Assembly: GCA_012295275.1 (NCBI GenBank)
Contig: CM022672.1
Span: forward strand, 18,662,001-18,726,000
Direction of reading: 5' to 3'
Source of the DNA: Chrysomallon squamiferum
Taxonomy: Eukaryota > Animalia > Mollusca
Length of the DNA: 64,000 nucleotides
Position numbers and translations under genes: made by a program. The notes under the pieces are model-generated. The model did no database searches. It was given only the letters and a program-made list of their open reading frames with translations, and had not been told where the DNA came from. This document shows positions 13,313 through 27,936 of the stretch, in pieces; position 1 is the first letter of the stretch, and every line of letters starts with the position of its first letter.

Positions 13313-14336
13313 GGGTAAGGTGGAGGTAATTCTGGCTCCCAAGGTATATTATGACTCACAGCCACAATACTGCTCTGTTCGGGCTTCTGGAACTGTGCTG
13401 ATATAAATAGAACCTTCCTATCTCTCATTAGAACAAAGGATGTAGGTAATCAGCGATTTAATCTCCAAAGTAGTGTAAACAACAAGGTTGTTAAAAAAGT
13501 ACAATAGTTTTGGCATTGATATAGTCCATTCTGAGTTTTATTTAAAAGTATTATAACACAGTTGAAAGTCTATGGTCCATCTGGTGGGGCACGTCGTCAA
13601 ATTTCAAATAAAAAATCAAAAGGTTTGAAGAAGAGTTGACAGAGAAGAAGAGGAAGGAGGAAGAAAAGGAAGAGAGCGAGAGAAAAGGTGAGAGAGGCAA
13701 AGGTGAAAAAAACTGAAAAAGATACCAAAGGCAAAACGGCAACTCAATTTGAATGCTACAGCAGAACCGGTGGATGCAATCAAATTAAAACGTTGGTGGG
13801 ATTATTCTGAACTAGAACACAGAGATGTAGTAGATACACAAGAAAAATGTGAACTCTGTGGCAGAGTTGATGATGGCATAAATTTGGACGAGTTCATAGG
13901 ATGTACTGCCTGCCCAAATTGGTATTGTACTGATCCTTGCGCAAACCTCAAAATCCCATCTGGTCCAGACTTGAAAGATATTGCATTCTTGTATGATGTT
14001 TGTCAAGGGGTATAGTTTATTGAAGTTTTGAATCAGACTTGTATTATCATTAGGATTAATTATTATTTGTAGACAATGACTACATAGCAATAATCAGTAC
14101 AACAAATTTGAGGATCAAAATACATTATGCGTGTAGGGGCCAGATTTACTCCAAATACTCGGGGCAAATCTCGCCCCTGAAAACAATTTTTAACCTGGTT
14201 CCCATTTCAAAAATATAAACACTATGCATTTAGTGTTTGTGTATTTTGAAGCAGAAATAGATACACTACACATTTTACACTCCATTTTGTTGGCTGATGA
14301 TGAATGAAAGGGGACCAGAATTACCACACCTTACCC
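13313..14336 (+). mobile_element. Non-autonomous pogo/Tigger-like (Tc1/mariner superfamily) DNA transposon
   Basis: TIRs GGGTAAGGTGGAGGTAATTCTGG (13313) and CCAGAATTACCACACCTTACCC (ends 14336), with TA on both flanks. Inside are a K/E-rich tract (13610-13740) and a decayed PHD finger (CELC...IGCTACPNWYCTDPC...FLYDVC, 13749-14015), typical of pogo transposase C-termini. Confidence 0.85.
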
Positions 14337-14563
14337 TATTATATACACACAGACACAGACAGAAACAGTGAAAAACAACTGAAAATGTGAAAGCAAAAGC
14401 GATTAATTATGGCTTCTTTCTTTAAAATTTCTGTTTCATTCATCCAAGCGTTCATACCATTATTCGGTATTTTCTTTTAACTTTAAATCAAAATACATTT
14501 CGAAGGACGAACTCATAGGTGAACAACAACACCCACTGCTTGTGTGTGGGTCACTGTATACTT

Positions 14564-14602
<39 letters not shown>

Positions 14603-14653
14603 TGGGTTTGTGCATGTAGGTGTGGTGTCCTTCCATTATTTTATTATTATTTT

Positions 14654-14702
<49 letters not shown>

Positions 14703-14989
14703 TTTTTTTTGTGATTCTCTACCGTTCCCTGCCACCAGCTTTCACGTTACATCAGTGTGTTTCTTACATATTTAATAATTAAAAAACAACAACAAAAATA
14801 TTTTTACAATTTCATCATTATACATTCACTTGATGTAAAATATTCACTTGATGGTATTATATACATACCATTATAAATTGACATGTACGTGTGTCTGGGT
14901 ATATGTGTGTGTGTGTATACATGAAGATTTTCAAGGCAAAATTCGACGAACAGCAAGTTTTAAGATAAGTCTGTTCATCGGCAAATAAT

Positions 14990-15250
14990 TAACTCTTTTA
15001 TATCTTCTTTTCTAAAACTGGTTATATTTTCTTTACAAAACGTTTTACACCCCCTTTACAAAACTAATTATATCTCCTTTATAAAACTCATGAAAGCCTC
15101 TTTACAAAACTTGTTATATCCGCTTTACAAAACTCATTATATCTCATTTGTAAAACTTTTACATCCTCTTTTACAATACTTGTTATCTTTCCTTTACAGT
15201 ATTCGTTAATCCGCATTCCAAAACGTCATATATCCTTTACAAAATACAGT
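14990..15250. repeat. Degenerate ~25-28-bp tandem repeat
   Basis: Recurrent ctttacaaaact..ttatatc.c units, about 9-10 diverged copies. Confidence 0.7.
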
Positions 15251-15405
15251 ATTGATGTAGTCTTTAAAAAAACGCGATCTAATAATAATATGAGACTGAA
15301 ACATGAAACTGTTAACACACAGGTGTACATACTAATAAGTGCTTATACATTCATCCATAATCTCTCTCACTACTCTCTCTCTCTCTGAATGTGTTTGTCT
15401 GTCTG

Positions 15406-15483
<78 letters not shown>

Positions 15484-16667
15484 TTCTGTCTTTTTTCTAT
15501 GTCACAATATCACGAACTCGTTCACATACTCACACGCGAAACAAAATATCTTGTACAAATAGAAACGCGACAGAATTTCAGTTTACACTGATCATTGATT
15601 ACACAGCTCGAAGATCTTGCAAACCCTTAGTTAGACTGTTAACCATCTAAAAATATCAGCGATTTTTCACCTGGACATATCACTGCACACCGACGTTCAG
15701 CATCGTCTTGTCCATCTTTTCTTCGGATCACAGATATCGCCAACCATTCATCATTCTTTTCTTTTTTTTTTTAGAAATATAAACTAAGGTAAGTCAGTTA
15801 CGAAAAGCAAATAATCATGTTTTGCATTTATCACTTAGATTTATTACGTTTTCTTTATTTCTTTCCTATATATTTTTTTCTATTCGTATATGTTTTTCCA
15901 ATTGCCGTTGTTGTCATAGTAACTGTTTAGCATTCATTTTCATCTAGTATCGATTTTTCCTCGTTAAACAACTTTTCCTATACTCTTAACCTTAGTCGAG
16001 ATCATAAGAATATAAAGGATATAATAATAATTAAAAAAAAACGTATTTTACAATACAAATGAGAAAATTGTTAATGTGTGTATTGCTGTTAGGTTTTCAA
16101 CTGTCCCTGTTAAAACAAATTTCTCAGTATTTTTAAAGGTCTCGACATTTCTCTGCATTTGTATATCTGCTAATAATTTATATTATAATTAATTATTGTT
16201 TTATAACATTAAACACCTCTGATTCTGTCGTAATAATATCAAATTAAGGATCTGATTGTAAACTATATCTACTGTTATCTCGGCTAACATACACATTTTT
16301 TTTGTTGTCATTAGTTTAATTAAATCATATTTTTTAATGGATATGAAACATATTTATGCTGAACTCTAAAATTTCATTAACTTTTATTTATATAAGATGT
16401 ATACATACATATATACGTACGTACATACAAAAATGCATGCATACATACATTCATACATACATACACACACACACACGTACATACATACAAACATACATAA
16501 TGCATAAATAGTGAGGGCGAATGGGTGCCATATGTTCGAGTCTCGTCAGCGGCATCTGAAGGGATTTGTGAGGTCCAGATTGAACTTTGTCCTCCTGTGC
16601 CACTTTACCGAATATTATTATTATTAATCAGACGTATATAAGTCAGAGAATATTAAAATACATACAT

Positions 16668-16726
<59 letters not shown>

Positions 16727-17603
16727 CATACATACAAAAATATATACACACATATATATAGATATACATATGTAGCATAAACAGATATTTGTGTGTGTGT
16801 GTGTATGTGTGTGTGTGTGTGTGTTAAATCATGGGAACACCCCGTTTACAGTGTATAGACATATGCAAACACACAAAATACGCACACACATATTTATTAA
16901 CTGGACAACATAACCAGAATTTCCTGTAATTTAAATTATATATGTATATTTACATTAATTAATATAACACTGTTCTGTGTTATCTGTTACAAAGCCTGTC
17001 ACACAAATGCTATCAGTAACCTCATTTCCATGACTGTCCTCTCATTAATTTCTAATCCTGGAAATTATATGGTGGTAATCTCTAAACAGATATGACAGTT
17101 TTACTAATCCAGCGTTTTTTTTTATCCAAACGGTGAATGAAACTGGAAGGGTGAACTGACGTTGTCTGGTCCTGTTTTACAGTGATACAAAAACCTATAG
17201 CTTTCTTTAAAAAAAAAAATAAAAACAACCCCAAAAAAAAAACAAACAAAAAAAAACAAAACAAAAAACAACAACAAAAATCACACAAAAACAACAACAA
17301 CAAACAAACAAGACAAACAAAATAAAACAACAAAACAATTCTGAATTTGATTATCTTTTTTCATTGTTTCTGTGCCTTGTGTTATAGTGATATCTAAAAT
17401 TATAGGTTTCTAAAACCCCCCCCCCAAAAAAAAAAATACCCCAAACAAACAACAACAATCAAACGAACAAAAAAAAAAAAAAAATATATATATATTTTAA
17501 AAGAAACTGCTTTATATTTGTTTCGCATAAATAAAATAATTCAACAGCATCCGTTTTAGACGACCTACATGACCAGAAGATTAAAAAACCCAATAACAAT
17601 AAA

Positions 17604-17658
<55 letters not shown>

Positions 17659-18082
17659 TAAAACAAAATAAAATAAATCGAATGCATCTTCAGTACGGTA
17701 ATATGAACCGTGTTCAACATGCAAGTGTCTGAGGAAACACGAAATCCTGTAATAAGCGAAGTGTAAATTACAATCTGGTAGTGAGAGACAGTTTAAGATA
17801 GTGTTGTGTACAGAAAGTATATGTTAAATATTCGTAACTACAGCCTTTAGAAGAGTGTTCTAAAATACTGTATATCTCTTGAATGAGACTGATTAGCTGT
17901 TGCACATTTTTCAAAAATATTTTGGTATCTTGGAAATCGTACTTAATCCAGTCATCTCTAAAACGTAGTGATACGAGTTAAACATTTGACATTACAGAGC
18001 GTGTAATATGACGTTCTAATAATATATAATAATAAGCCTACGTCATTAACTTCATCAAAACTAATATGTCTGTTTCAACGAG

Positions 18083-18680
18083 TAATTATAGAGATCGCTG
18101 AAACCATCCAAAATCCTGCGCACCGACCATTCACTTTTTCAACCAATAATTATAGAGACCGCAGAAAACTTTCGAAATCCTGCGCATCAACCATTCACTA
18201 TTCCAACCAATAATTATAGAGATCACTGAAACCATCCAAAATCCTGCGCATCAACCATTCACTATTTCAACCAATAATTATAAAGATCACTGAAACCATC
18301 CAAAATCCTGCGCATCAACCATTCACTATTTCAACCAATAATGATAAAGATCGCTGAAACCTTTCGAAATCCTGCGCATCAACCATTAAAGATTTCAACC
18401 AAACCTTATAGAAATCGCTGCGCATCAACCATTCACTATTTAAACCAATAATTATAGAGATCGCTGAAACCTTTCGAAATCCTGCGCATCAACCATTCAC
18501 TATTCCAATCAATAACTATAGAGATCACTGAAACCATTTAAAATCCTGCGCATCAACCATTCACTATTTCAGACAATAATTATAAAGATCGCTGAAACCA
18601 CCCAAAATCTTGCTCATCAATCATTCACTATTTCAACCAGTAATTATAGAGATCACAGAAACCACCCGAAATCCTGCGCA
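18083..18680. repeat. Minisatellite, ~64-bp unit, ~9-10 copies
   Basis: Unit taattatagagatcactgaaaccatccaaaatcctgcgcatcaaccattcactatttcaaccaa, with two alternating variants (catccaaa / tttcgaaa) and one internally deleted copy near 18420. Confidence 0.95.
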
Positions 18681-19495
18681 CTCGAACAATAATTATAATC
18701 GTTTAACATTGCCATCAACCATTCATGAGCTTCTTGACTGATTTCATCCCCGTTTCAAAGGTTATTTCCACTTTCTTCAAATAATTCTAAAAGAAGTTTT
18801 TTTTTTTTTTTTTTTTTTATCTTTTATTTTCTCTGTGAGTATTGAGCATGCTAGTACATTAATAATTACTTCCCTTTAATTCCTTTAATAAATGCCATTT
18901 TGTTTTTGTTTAGCACCTTCAGAGACTCAACCGCTGTAGAGTTAAAGACAGAATGTGACATTTTCATAAAGTATGATGTAAGATTACCGCCCTATTTTAC
19001 CGTCATTAACATATCATTTTTGTAGTTTTTGTTTGTTGTTGTTGTTGTTACGTTTAATAATAGCAGTAATAGTAGTAGTAGTAACGTGACCATAGTAGCA
19101 GTAATAATAATAGTAGTAGTAGTAATGGTTGTAAAATAGAAATAATAATGGTTGTAGTAATAGTAATGATTGTAGTAGCTGTAATAGTTTGTTGGTGGTA
19201 GTAGTAATAGCAGTAGTAATATCAGTGGTAGGACTGATAGTTGGAGTAGTTGCGGTAGCGGTAGTAGTAATAGTAATTGTAGTTGAGTAGCTGTAGTACT
19301 ATTAGTGGTTTACAAATGGTCACATTCACAATAAATTAATATTTATTTATTTATTTATTTATTTATTTATTAAATTTTAATTTCTCTTTATTTTATTTTT
19401 TTTTTACATTTTTTTTAGAAAGGTAAACGACCTTTCAGTCACTTCATTATGTCATGGACACAAACTAGAGATAACTGTGGTGTAATTTTTATAAC

Positions 19496-19574
<79 letters not shown>

Positions 19575-20134
19575 GTAAAATAATAAAATAAATAATTTTC
19601 AAAAACAAAACAAAAAAAAAAAAAAAAAAAAAAAAAGAATTATAATAAAAAAAAAAAAAAAATTAAGTATTGCTTGTTTTCATACAATTTTGGGAAATGG
19701 TTCTCTCCTCTTTAATACGTTCGAGAAAAAGTCCATTTGGGAATGTGAAATTATAAAGTATAATTTTTAACGACTAATACATTACATTGGTTTTAATTTC
19801 ATTGTTTTCCTTGTTATTAGAAAATAAATTTTTTATTTTATTTTTATAACTTTCTTTCAATGTCACATAAAAAAGTAAATTCAAATTTGCTTTTGATGAA
19901 GTTTTTTTATCATCTTTTGCGTATTGAACAAACCCATTTCTACTTAAATAAAATGCAGCACGTGTTATTTGAAGAGGTGACAGAAATGCAATTTCAGAAA
20001 TCGTTTGAACGATTTTTTTTTTTTTAGAAAAATATGGACCGTAATTTAACTGATTATTATTTGGAGCTGAAGTTTTAATTATTTGCTTGGCGAAATTGTT
20101 GAAACTACTTTTCCGTTACCAGTTCATCATATTG

Positions 20135-20192
<58 letters not shown>

Positions 20193-21008
20193 CGAAATAA
20201 CAACTGTATACACTCGTTGAATTTATTATTAGTAGTAATAGTAATAATAGCAACAGCAATAGTAGTAGTAGTAATAGTAATATTAGTATTGTAAGTAGCA
20301 ACAGTATATTAGTATTAATGAAAGTAAATTTGTAATTGTAATTAATTTTCACTAAATAAAGCTAACTGTTCGTTTGTGTCATTTTAAAATGAAAGAGTTT
20401 GTAAACTGAACCGACTATCCAACCTTTCACTGCAAGCAATGAATGATCTCATCTGTAATCTGTCACTGGGAGTTAATTATTCAGTAGGAGGTAACCAGAT
20501 AGTGAAAACACTTAATAATAGTAAAACTTTCAAGTACAGAATATTAGTCATGTTCTCAATACAGTAATAATAATAATAATAATAATAATGATGATAATTA
20601 AAAAAATCATTTGGGGCCAGTGATATCATATAAAATAATCTTCTTAATTGTTGTTGTTTTGTTGTTTGCAGAAAAGAACGAAGAAAAGAACACGTTTGTT
20701 TGTTGATGTTGTTGCTGTTGTTTGGGGGTTTTTTTTGTTTTTTTTTGTTTGTTTTTTGTTTGTTTTAATAACATATTTGAATTACATCTGATATTAAGGC
20801 TCATTAATTTATTATAATTTATAAGTTAATGAAATTTTAGAAACACTTTTATATGACGGCCACTTTGAGGTTTATTTATTTATTATTTACTTGAATATTT
20901 CATTTTTGAGGCATGTTACTTTGGATTTAACATTCAAAAATTTACGTCTACCCTTTCAGCTACAAAGGCTAAATTCATTCTAAGAAGATTTATCTCTTGA
21001 ATAATATA

Positions 21009-21107
<99 letters not shown>

Positions 21108-21299
21108 GTCCGTCTACCCGTCCAGCTATATGTTTGTACGTAATCTTTTAAACAGCTTGATAATCATGAGTCAGAGATAAACGAGCGAACTCTCTGGACT
21201 TTAGTAGATTACATTGCCATGACCCACATGTTATGACCCACATGTCGTTCGCTGTCAGTCAGTATGTTTCTTAAGTTATTCATCACAAACACACACACA

Positions 21300-21330
<31 letters not shown>

Positions 21331-21519
21331 CCCCACACACACAAACACACACACACAAACGCACATACACATATTAATTTTTTGAAAATTTCTCTTATAT
21401 ATCGTTTATCGAATAATAACGAATTTTATTTGTCAAATACACTTTTTTATTTCTTTTCTATTAATAAAACAACGCAGCTGCTGCCAATGCCAAAAAAAAT
21501 TAAAAATTAAAATTAAAAA

Positions 21520-21568
<49 letters not shown>

Positions 21569-22524
21569 AAATTAAAACAACCAAACATTTAAAATTGAAA
21601 TGGTCTAGTACAGGTGTACGTACAACAGATCCACGTATTTTACCTAAGAAGGTAAAGAGAATTTATGCTAAAGACAACATATTAATATGTCATAATTAAC
21701 AAAAAAAAAAAAAAACAAAAAAAAACAAACCTACAAACCTCTCCCCAAGCCAACCCAGAAACATGAATTAAAAACATGTAAATTAGGAATTTAATCTACA
21801 GATTAATATTTTATATATTATCAGAACCAGATACGTCAGTGGATGATTTTGATATCATTTATCTTTTTTACCTTTCTCCTCTCGCATATTCCGTTAATTA
21901 CTACTATTATTATATTTCATTATTATTTTACATTTCTTTATAATTCTCTCTCTCTGTCTGTCTATATGTCTATCTATCTATCTATCTGTCTATCTATCTA
22001 TCTATCTGTCTGTCTGTCTGTCTGTCTCTATAATAACTATCTATCTCTATCGCTCTATGTCTCTGTTGGTCGTCTGTCTGTCTGTCTGTCTATCAGTCCA
22101 ATTGTCTTTATTAACTAATTTTCTTCTTTCTTTCTTTTTATTTGTTTGTTTCTTTCATTCTTTCATTTCCACTATCTTGGCATGATAGTTACCACTGTTT
22201 CGTCGTCGTTATCATTATTAGTATAATAAATTATCTAAAACCGCTGAATACCGGGCAGTGCATATTCTGCAACTGATTTATCAACGCTGACGGTTGATTA
22301 TTTACATTTACGATAAGGTTTCCATAAAACACATCTCAATGTAAATCCGAAAAGAACAGCAAACGGAACGAAACAGGAATTTTCCATCGTTCCGGTTCTA
22401 AGTTTTTTAATTTCAACTCTTATAAATTTTACCATGATAATTCTGAAGGTCATTTAATAACGTGGCAGCTGCGAAAAAAACCCCACTAAATATTTCCACT
22501 CTGCGCATGTCTGATTTCAGACGT

Positions 22525-22626
22525 TATATAAATACGCTTATCAAAAAAAAAAAAAAAAAAGGATTCGGCCAACAGCCTGTCGGATAATCTAATTGTTCAG
22601 CAGCAATTTCAGACGTTGTGGTAAGC
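22525..22626 (+). promoter_or_regulatory. Probable TATA promoter and short non-coding first exon of the METTL27-like gene
   Basis: TATATAAA at 22525-22532, followed ~90 bp later by donor GTG|GTAAGC at 22621; the next coding exon is at 25760. Confidence 0.45.
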
Positions 22627-22938
22627 AATTTTAATTTTTAATTTCTAATTTTGAAATTTAAAAAAAAAAAAAAAAATTCTTTATCATATTAAAAGCATTA
22701 GCAGAACTGATAGGGCGACTTTTTTAACACACGAACAAATCTCTCCTCTTATCTATATATCTCTTCTTTTCGCTCTTCTGGACATAATATTTTTTTTCAC
22801 ACACTCATTTACTCAGTCAGTCAGTCAGTTCGCTCACTGATTCCTATTGTGGCTCTTTTTATTCTGTCTTTCTTTTGGTGACTGGCATTGTTGAGTGTTT
22901 TAAAAATTCTTGAAATTTCTACTTTTAAGGAAAAAGTC

Positions 22939-23005
<67 letters not shown>

Positions 23006-24780
23006 GAGTTTTTATATATATAAGATTCGGAGTTACTGTTCGAACCCGCCTTTATTATATCTTAGCTTGTATTTATCGTAATAATAAAATCAACATACGT
23101 TAAATTAAATATAAACGAAAAGTGCATGCAAACAGATAGATAGATATATAGTTAGATAGGCAGAGTGATATATCTGACAGATACATATACAGACAGACAA
23201 ACAGACAGATAAATAGGTATATTGATAGATTATTAGAGAGAGATATACAGGGTTGAGCTTTCAGGCAAAGCTGTATGGTTGATACAGTATCGCGTGTTTT
23301 TTTTTTTTAATCTGATCATAAACTTCCTCAGTTAAAAAAGAAATTATCGTCATTGGAATCAGAGACCTTTTAATAAAATGTGATACTCAGATCTTTGTTG
23401 CTAAATGATTAAATTTTGTATACTGAATGTCAGGTGAAGTTTGGGCGTATCCAGTATCTTTGACTGGGGCGGAGGCAAAACATGTGTGAACCCAATTTGC
23501 ATAAACAATTGGGGTCTGTGAATACAGCAAACAAAAAAAAAAAAAAAAAAAAAAAAGGACCTACGTAATTATGTAGAAAACGGTCAGCGCAATGAAATAT
23601 TGAAAATCAGTCTACGTTTGATAAGCGCCAGACACCTTGTCATCGATAAACGACTGGGCAGATCTTCCCACGACAGCTGCAACCAGTGGGAAAGTGACAC
23701 CTCGAGACATACACACACACACACATACACACACACTCACATACATACATACATACATACATACATACATACATACATACATACATACATACATACATAC
23801 ATACATACATACATACATACATACATACATACATACATAAATACATACACATACATACGTACATTCATATATACACACCATTTTATTTATAAAGTTATTC
23901 AAGTTATGACGTGGAGGTCTTTATGTTTCAAGATAATCAAACTAACTGCGTCAACTACAACGGTACCAACCTACCATTGGTAATGCAATGCCAAGTTAAT
24001 TTTCTCTGACATTTTGAAATTAAGTATATAGACAAATATAATTTGTAATCATGAAATATGACGCAAACGAACTTGGGTATTTTTTTTTTTTGTTGTTGAT
24101 TTATTGAAGAAAAGATCTGCTGATAATTTATGTGCATTCATTAATTTTATGGCTAGTAATTTTAAAGGCATGCAGTCGGTTTTCAAGCAGTTTTTGGGCC
24201 ACAAACAGGAACAGAAACACAAATATTACTCCAGGCCACTCCACTCCACCGAAAATTCTGTGAAAAGGATTTTTGTTTGTTTGTTTGTTTCTTTCTTTCT
24301 TTCTTTCTTTCTTCTTCTTGTTGTCAAAGCAGACAGAAAAACATATATGCTAAAACATATATTCAAAAGTATGAATATTATGAGACGGTGTTGGTGCACA
24401 GCGGTTTTTGTCAACGTGCATACATTAACTTATTTTTAAAGAAATCAGTTTGGCGTGCAAAAGAAACTGTTGTAACTAAAAACGAATGAAGAGCAATTTT
24501 CAGTAACTTCTAACAAAATTCCAGCACAACAATAACAGCAATAACAACAACGACAGCCTATTAAAGCTTCTTTTTGTATTCACTAACCTTTCTGAACGAA
24601 ATGCATCAGTGGAGAAAATAATAGCAGACCACTGACGTAATACGTGACATGTCAGTGTGTTCGTGAAAACAACTAAACACTGTGTCCGGGAACCGGCCCG
24701 AAGTTCCCACGAGAATTTCAGTCTCACCACAAAATAGTCGTAATACGTCCTGCGTGCTTCCAAATTACGTTGCAGTGAAA

Positions 24781-24794
24781 TTATTATTATTATT

Positions 24795-24836
<42 letters not shown>

Positions 24837-24854
24837 ATTGTTACTGCTATTATT

Positions 24855-24887
<33 letters not shown>

Positions 24888-25210
24888 ACTGCTATTATTA
24901 TTATTATTATTGTTGTTGTTGTTGTTGTTGTTGTTATTATTATTATTATTATGATTGTTGTTGTTGTTACTACTACTACTACTACTACTAGTATTACTAC
25001 TGCTGCTACTATTATTATTGTTGTTGTTGTCGTTATTGCTGTTGCTATTATTATTATTATTATTACTACTACTACTACTACTACTCCTACTACTGCTGCT
25101 ACCATTTTTATTATTATTATTATGATTAATATTATTATTATTATTGTTGTTGTTCTTGTTACTACTGCTACTATTACTACTACTACTACTATTTTTATTA
25201 TCATTATTTT
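24781..25210. repeat. Compound trinucleotide microsatellite (ATT/GTT/ACT/GCT)
   Basis: About 430 bp of phased trinucleotide blocks; source of the poly-L/I/T/V pseudo-ORFs in the track. Confidence 0.95.
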
Positions 25211-25697
25211 CATGTTAAAATGTATTTATTTATTTAAAGTGCTGTAGTATTAACTAAAGTGCAGCAACAAAAACGTACAGTTTAAAAATTATAAGTTTAG
25301 TGTAGACGTGTTGTATCATTGGATACAGGGAGAGTCGACTTCCTCTAAAGTCATATTTCTTCTAATGTCAGAAAAAAAATAAAATATACAGTAACCCACG
25401 ATTCATTTTATAAAGACGTAAACTGGTTTGATTCGTATCCTTTGCAGTATTGATACTTTGTTACAATCGATGGTGAAAGATCACCGAATAACAATAAAAC
25501 ATTAATACAGAAAATATATAATATAATGTCATTAGACTATTTATTCATAATCACTTTATCAAAACCTCATTTGTCAGATGATGACATTATTTTGCCAACT
25601 ATAAATTTAATCTTTTATTTATGCACTTATCATCAATATCATCATCATCATCGTCATTGTCATTATCATCATCGTTATTATTATGTCATCATCACTG

Positions 25698-25746
<49 letters not shown>

Positions 25747-25759
25747 GAGGATAATCAAA

Positions 25760-25915
25760 ATGGCGGAAGAGAAGGTTAAAAAGGTTCTTGAAACGAGCGA
25801 TGAGACACAAAAAGCAGCTTACCTCGCCAACTACGGCGCACACAGGGTGGGAATATCCAAAGAAGAATCACGTGACTACTACACGAAGTGGGCGGAATCT
25901 GGCGGATACGACAAA
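25760..25915 (+). CDS. METTL27: METTL27/WBSCR27-like class I SAM methyltransferase, coding exon 1
   Basis: caaaATGG start; MAEEKV...YYTKWAESGGYDK contains the Y..WA..YD motif; donor GTAAGT at 25916, phase 0. Confidence 0.88.
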
Positions 25916-27020
25916 GTAAGTATGTCGTTTTGTTCGTGAAATTCCGTCACAGTCGTGCTGTGTTATCATAAAGTTTTTGTTAACAAAATATTGCCTGCAG
26001 GATAAAGATGAAGAAGAAGAAGAAGAAGAAGAAGAAGAAGAAAAACATGTGTGAGACCATTTACCATAGTTTAAAACAAAAACGTTAGGCGAACATTAGA
26101 AAGTATTTGGTACACCTCCAGTAGTTTTCCAAACCTCATTTAGTTAAAATGAATAATGTACAGAAACCATTAAATAGTTCAGCATTATCTAAGGTTAAGC
26201 TGTTTTAAGACAGTTATCTTGCTTGAAGTTTGTATTATAATATAAGTGTCTCGTAACAGTAAAGATTCGGTAATAAAAACATTCATTCACAAAATATGTT
26301 TTGCTTATGTAATTCTCCCATTAAAATTTGAATTATAACATTATAGCAATACATACCGAGGTTCATCTAATTTTAAGTCCTCTAGCAAACAACATTCTCC
26401 CGTAATCGTGGTACACATATAACAAATTAAACACTATTTTGTAAACTATATTAAGTTATCTTGTTACGTTATATTATGGGGTGGTTTTTTTGTTATTTTC
26501 TGTTATGATATGATATATTGATTTGACTGTTTTAACCCTGAAATGAGTGTTTATTTCTGTTATTTTTTTTTAGTCATTGTCAAATTCATAGAATTAAAAT
26601 GAATTGTTACAAACTGATTAACACTGGCTATTAATTAATATCGCCATTTTGTTTTTTCAGATCAAAATTTTTTAATTATTCATTGACGTATAAAATATTC
26701 CAATTAGTCCTTGGCGTGTTAGAATTGCGATCATCACAATTTCAGAATTTCGACTCTAATTATTATTAATTTATTTAACTAACTTACTTTCAAATATTTT
26801 AATCTACCAGAATATATATTTTTAATATAAATATTATCTGAAGGGGAAGGGATAATGTTTATTTTCTTTATAGCTTATTTTACAGCGTAATAATTACTTA
26901 CATAGAGTAGTTTGTGTCTCAGTTTCTCAGACAATTCGCGAAATATAATCTTTATATTCATGCGCCATCACAGATCGTTTCTTTCGAACGTTTGTTTACT
27001 TATTGTGTTTCTTTTCCCAG

Positions 27021-27149
27021 GATTTAGGTCCAGGACAATACCATGGCCCTGTTATCGCTGCCAGAGTCGTTGCCGATTTCTTTCCAAAAGGAAGAGACGT
27101 CGTCAGAATCCTTGATGTCGCTGCGGGGACAGGGTTTGTTGGTGAACAG
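27021..27149 (+). CDS. METTL27: METTL27-like methyltransferase, coding exon 2
   Basis: Acceptor ttttcccag; DLGPGQYHGPVIAA...RILDVAAGTGFVGEQ carries SAM-binding motif I; donor GTAAAC at 27150. Confidence 0.92.
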
Positions 27150-27194
27150 GTAAACACAAATATTTCTCCGTTGCATGTAGAAATACATACACAC

Positions 27195-27280
<86 letters not shown>

Positions 27281-27472
27281 CATCGATGCTGCGAAAGGTG
27301 AAATATGAGAAGATCTTTTAGATTTTTATAAACGTCTCTTTGTCTTTAATAACAAGCATTCAGTCAGTGTTTGATTTATTTTTCCTACATTAGTGCTTCT
27401 CATTATTATTTGTTTGCATTAGACTTTCACATCTCATGGGTTTTGTTTTGTTTTTGTTGTTGTTTTTCTAAG

Positions 27473-27608
27473 CTAAAACAACATGGTTTCACCAATATTG
27501 ACGCACTGGAACCCTCTGAAGGAATGGTTGCAGAAGCGAAGAAAAAAAATGTTTATCAGAAATTTTACGTGGACTTTCTCAATGGATCTAAACTGTCGAT
27601 ACCGGACA
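27473..27608 (+). CDS. METTL27: METTL27-like methyltransferase, coding exon 3
   Basis: LKQHGFTNIDALEPSEGMVAEAKKKNVYQKFY...; donor GTAAGT at 27609, phase 1. Confidence 0.9.
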
Positions 27609-27936
27609 GTAAGTAAAATAACGATCAGTTTAAAGATAAAATAAAATATTCAGTTGTTTACCTGCTAATAAAATTAAATGGAAATAAACTGAACAGAAAA
27701 GAAAACGAAAAAACGAAAAAAGAGAAAAAAAAGAAATTAGTAAAGTCCTATTAACATTCTAGAAATTTGTTATGCTCTCTCTCTCTCTCTCTCTCTGTTT
27801 TTGCATGTATGTTTGGAATATATGTTATATATGTACATGTACATGTAGAAAAATGTTCTCACACAAAACATGTAGAAGTATGTGAGACCAGTGTTATGAC
27901 AGAGCTGACAGCACGGTGGTGTTTTGTTTTAAACAG

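Noticed and set aside
16510-16615. tRNA gene or SINE head (GTTCGAGTC B-box)
   Set aside because: No A box or cloverleaf; at most a SINE fragment.
24500-25247. Long ORFs (237, 90 and 98 aa) of poly-I/T/V/L
   Set aside because: These are translations of a trinucleotide microsatellite.
25526-25759. N-terminal His-rich and poly-Ile extension of the methyltransferase
   Set aside because: It derives from CAT/ATT microsatellites; the ATG at 25760 has the better context and gives a typical family length.
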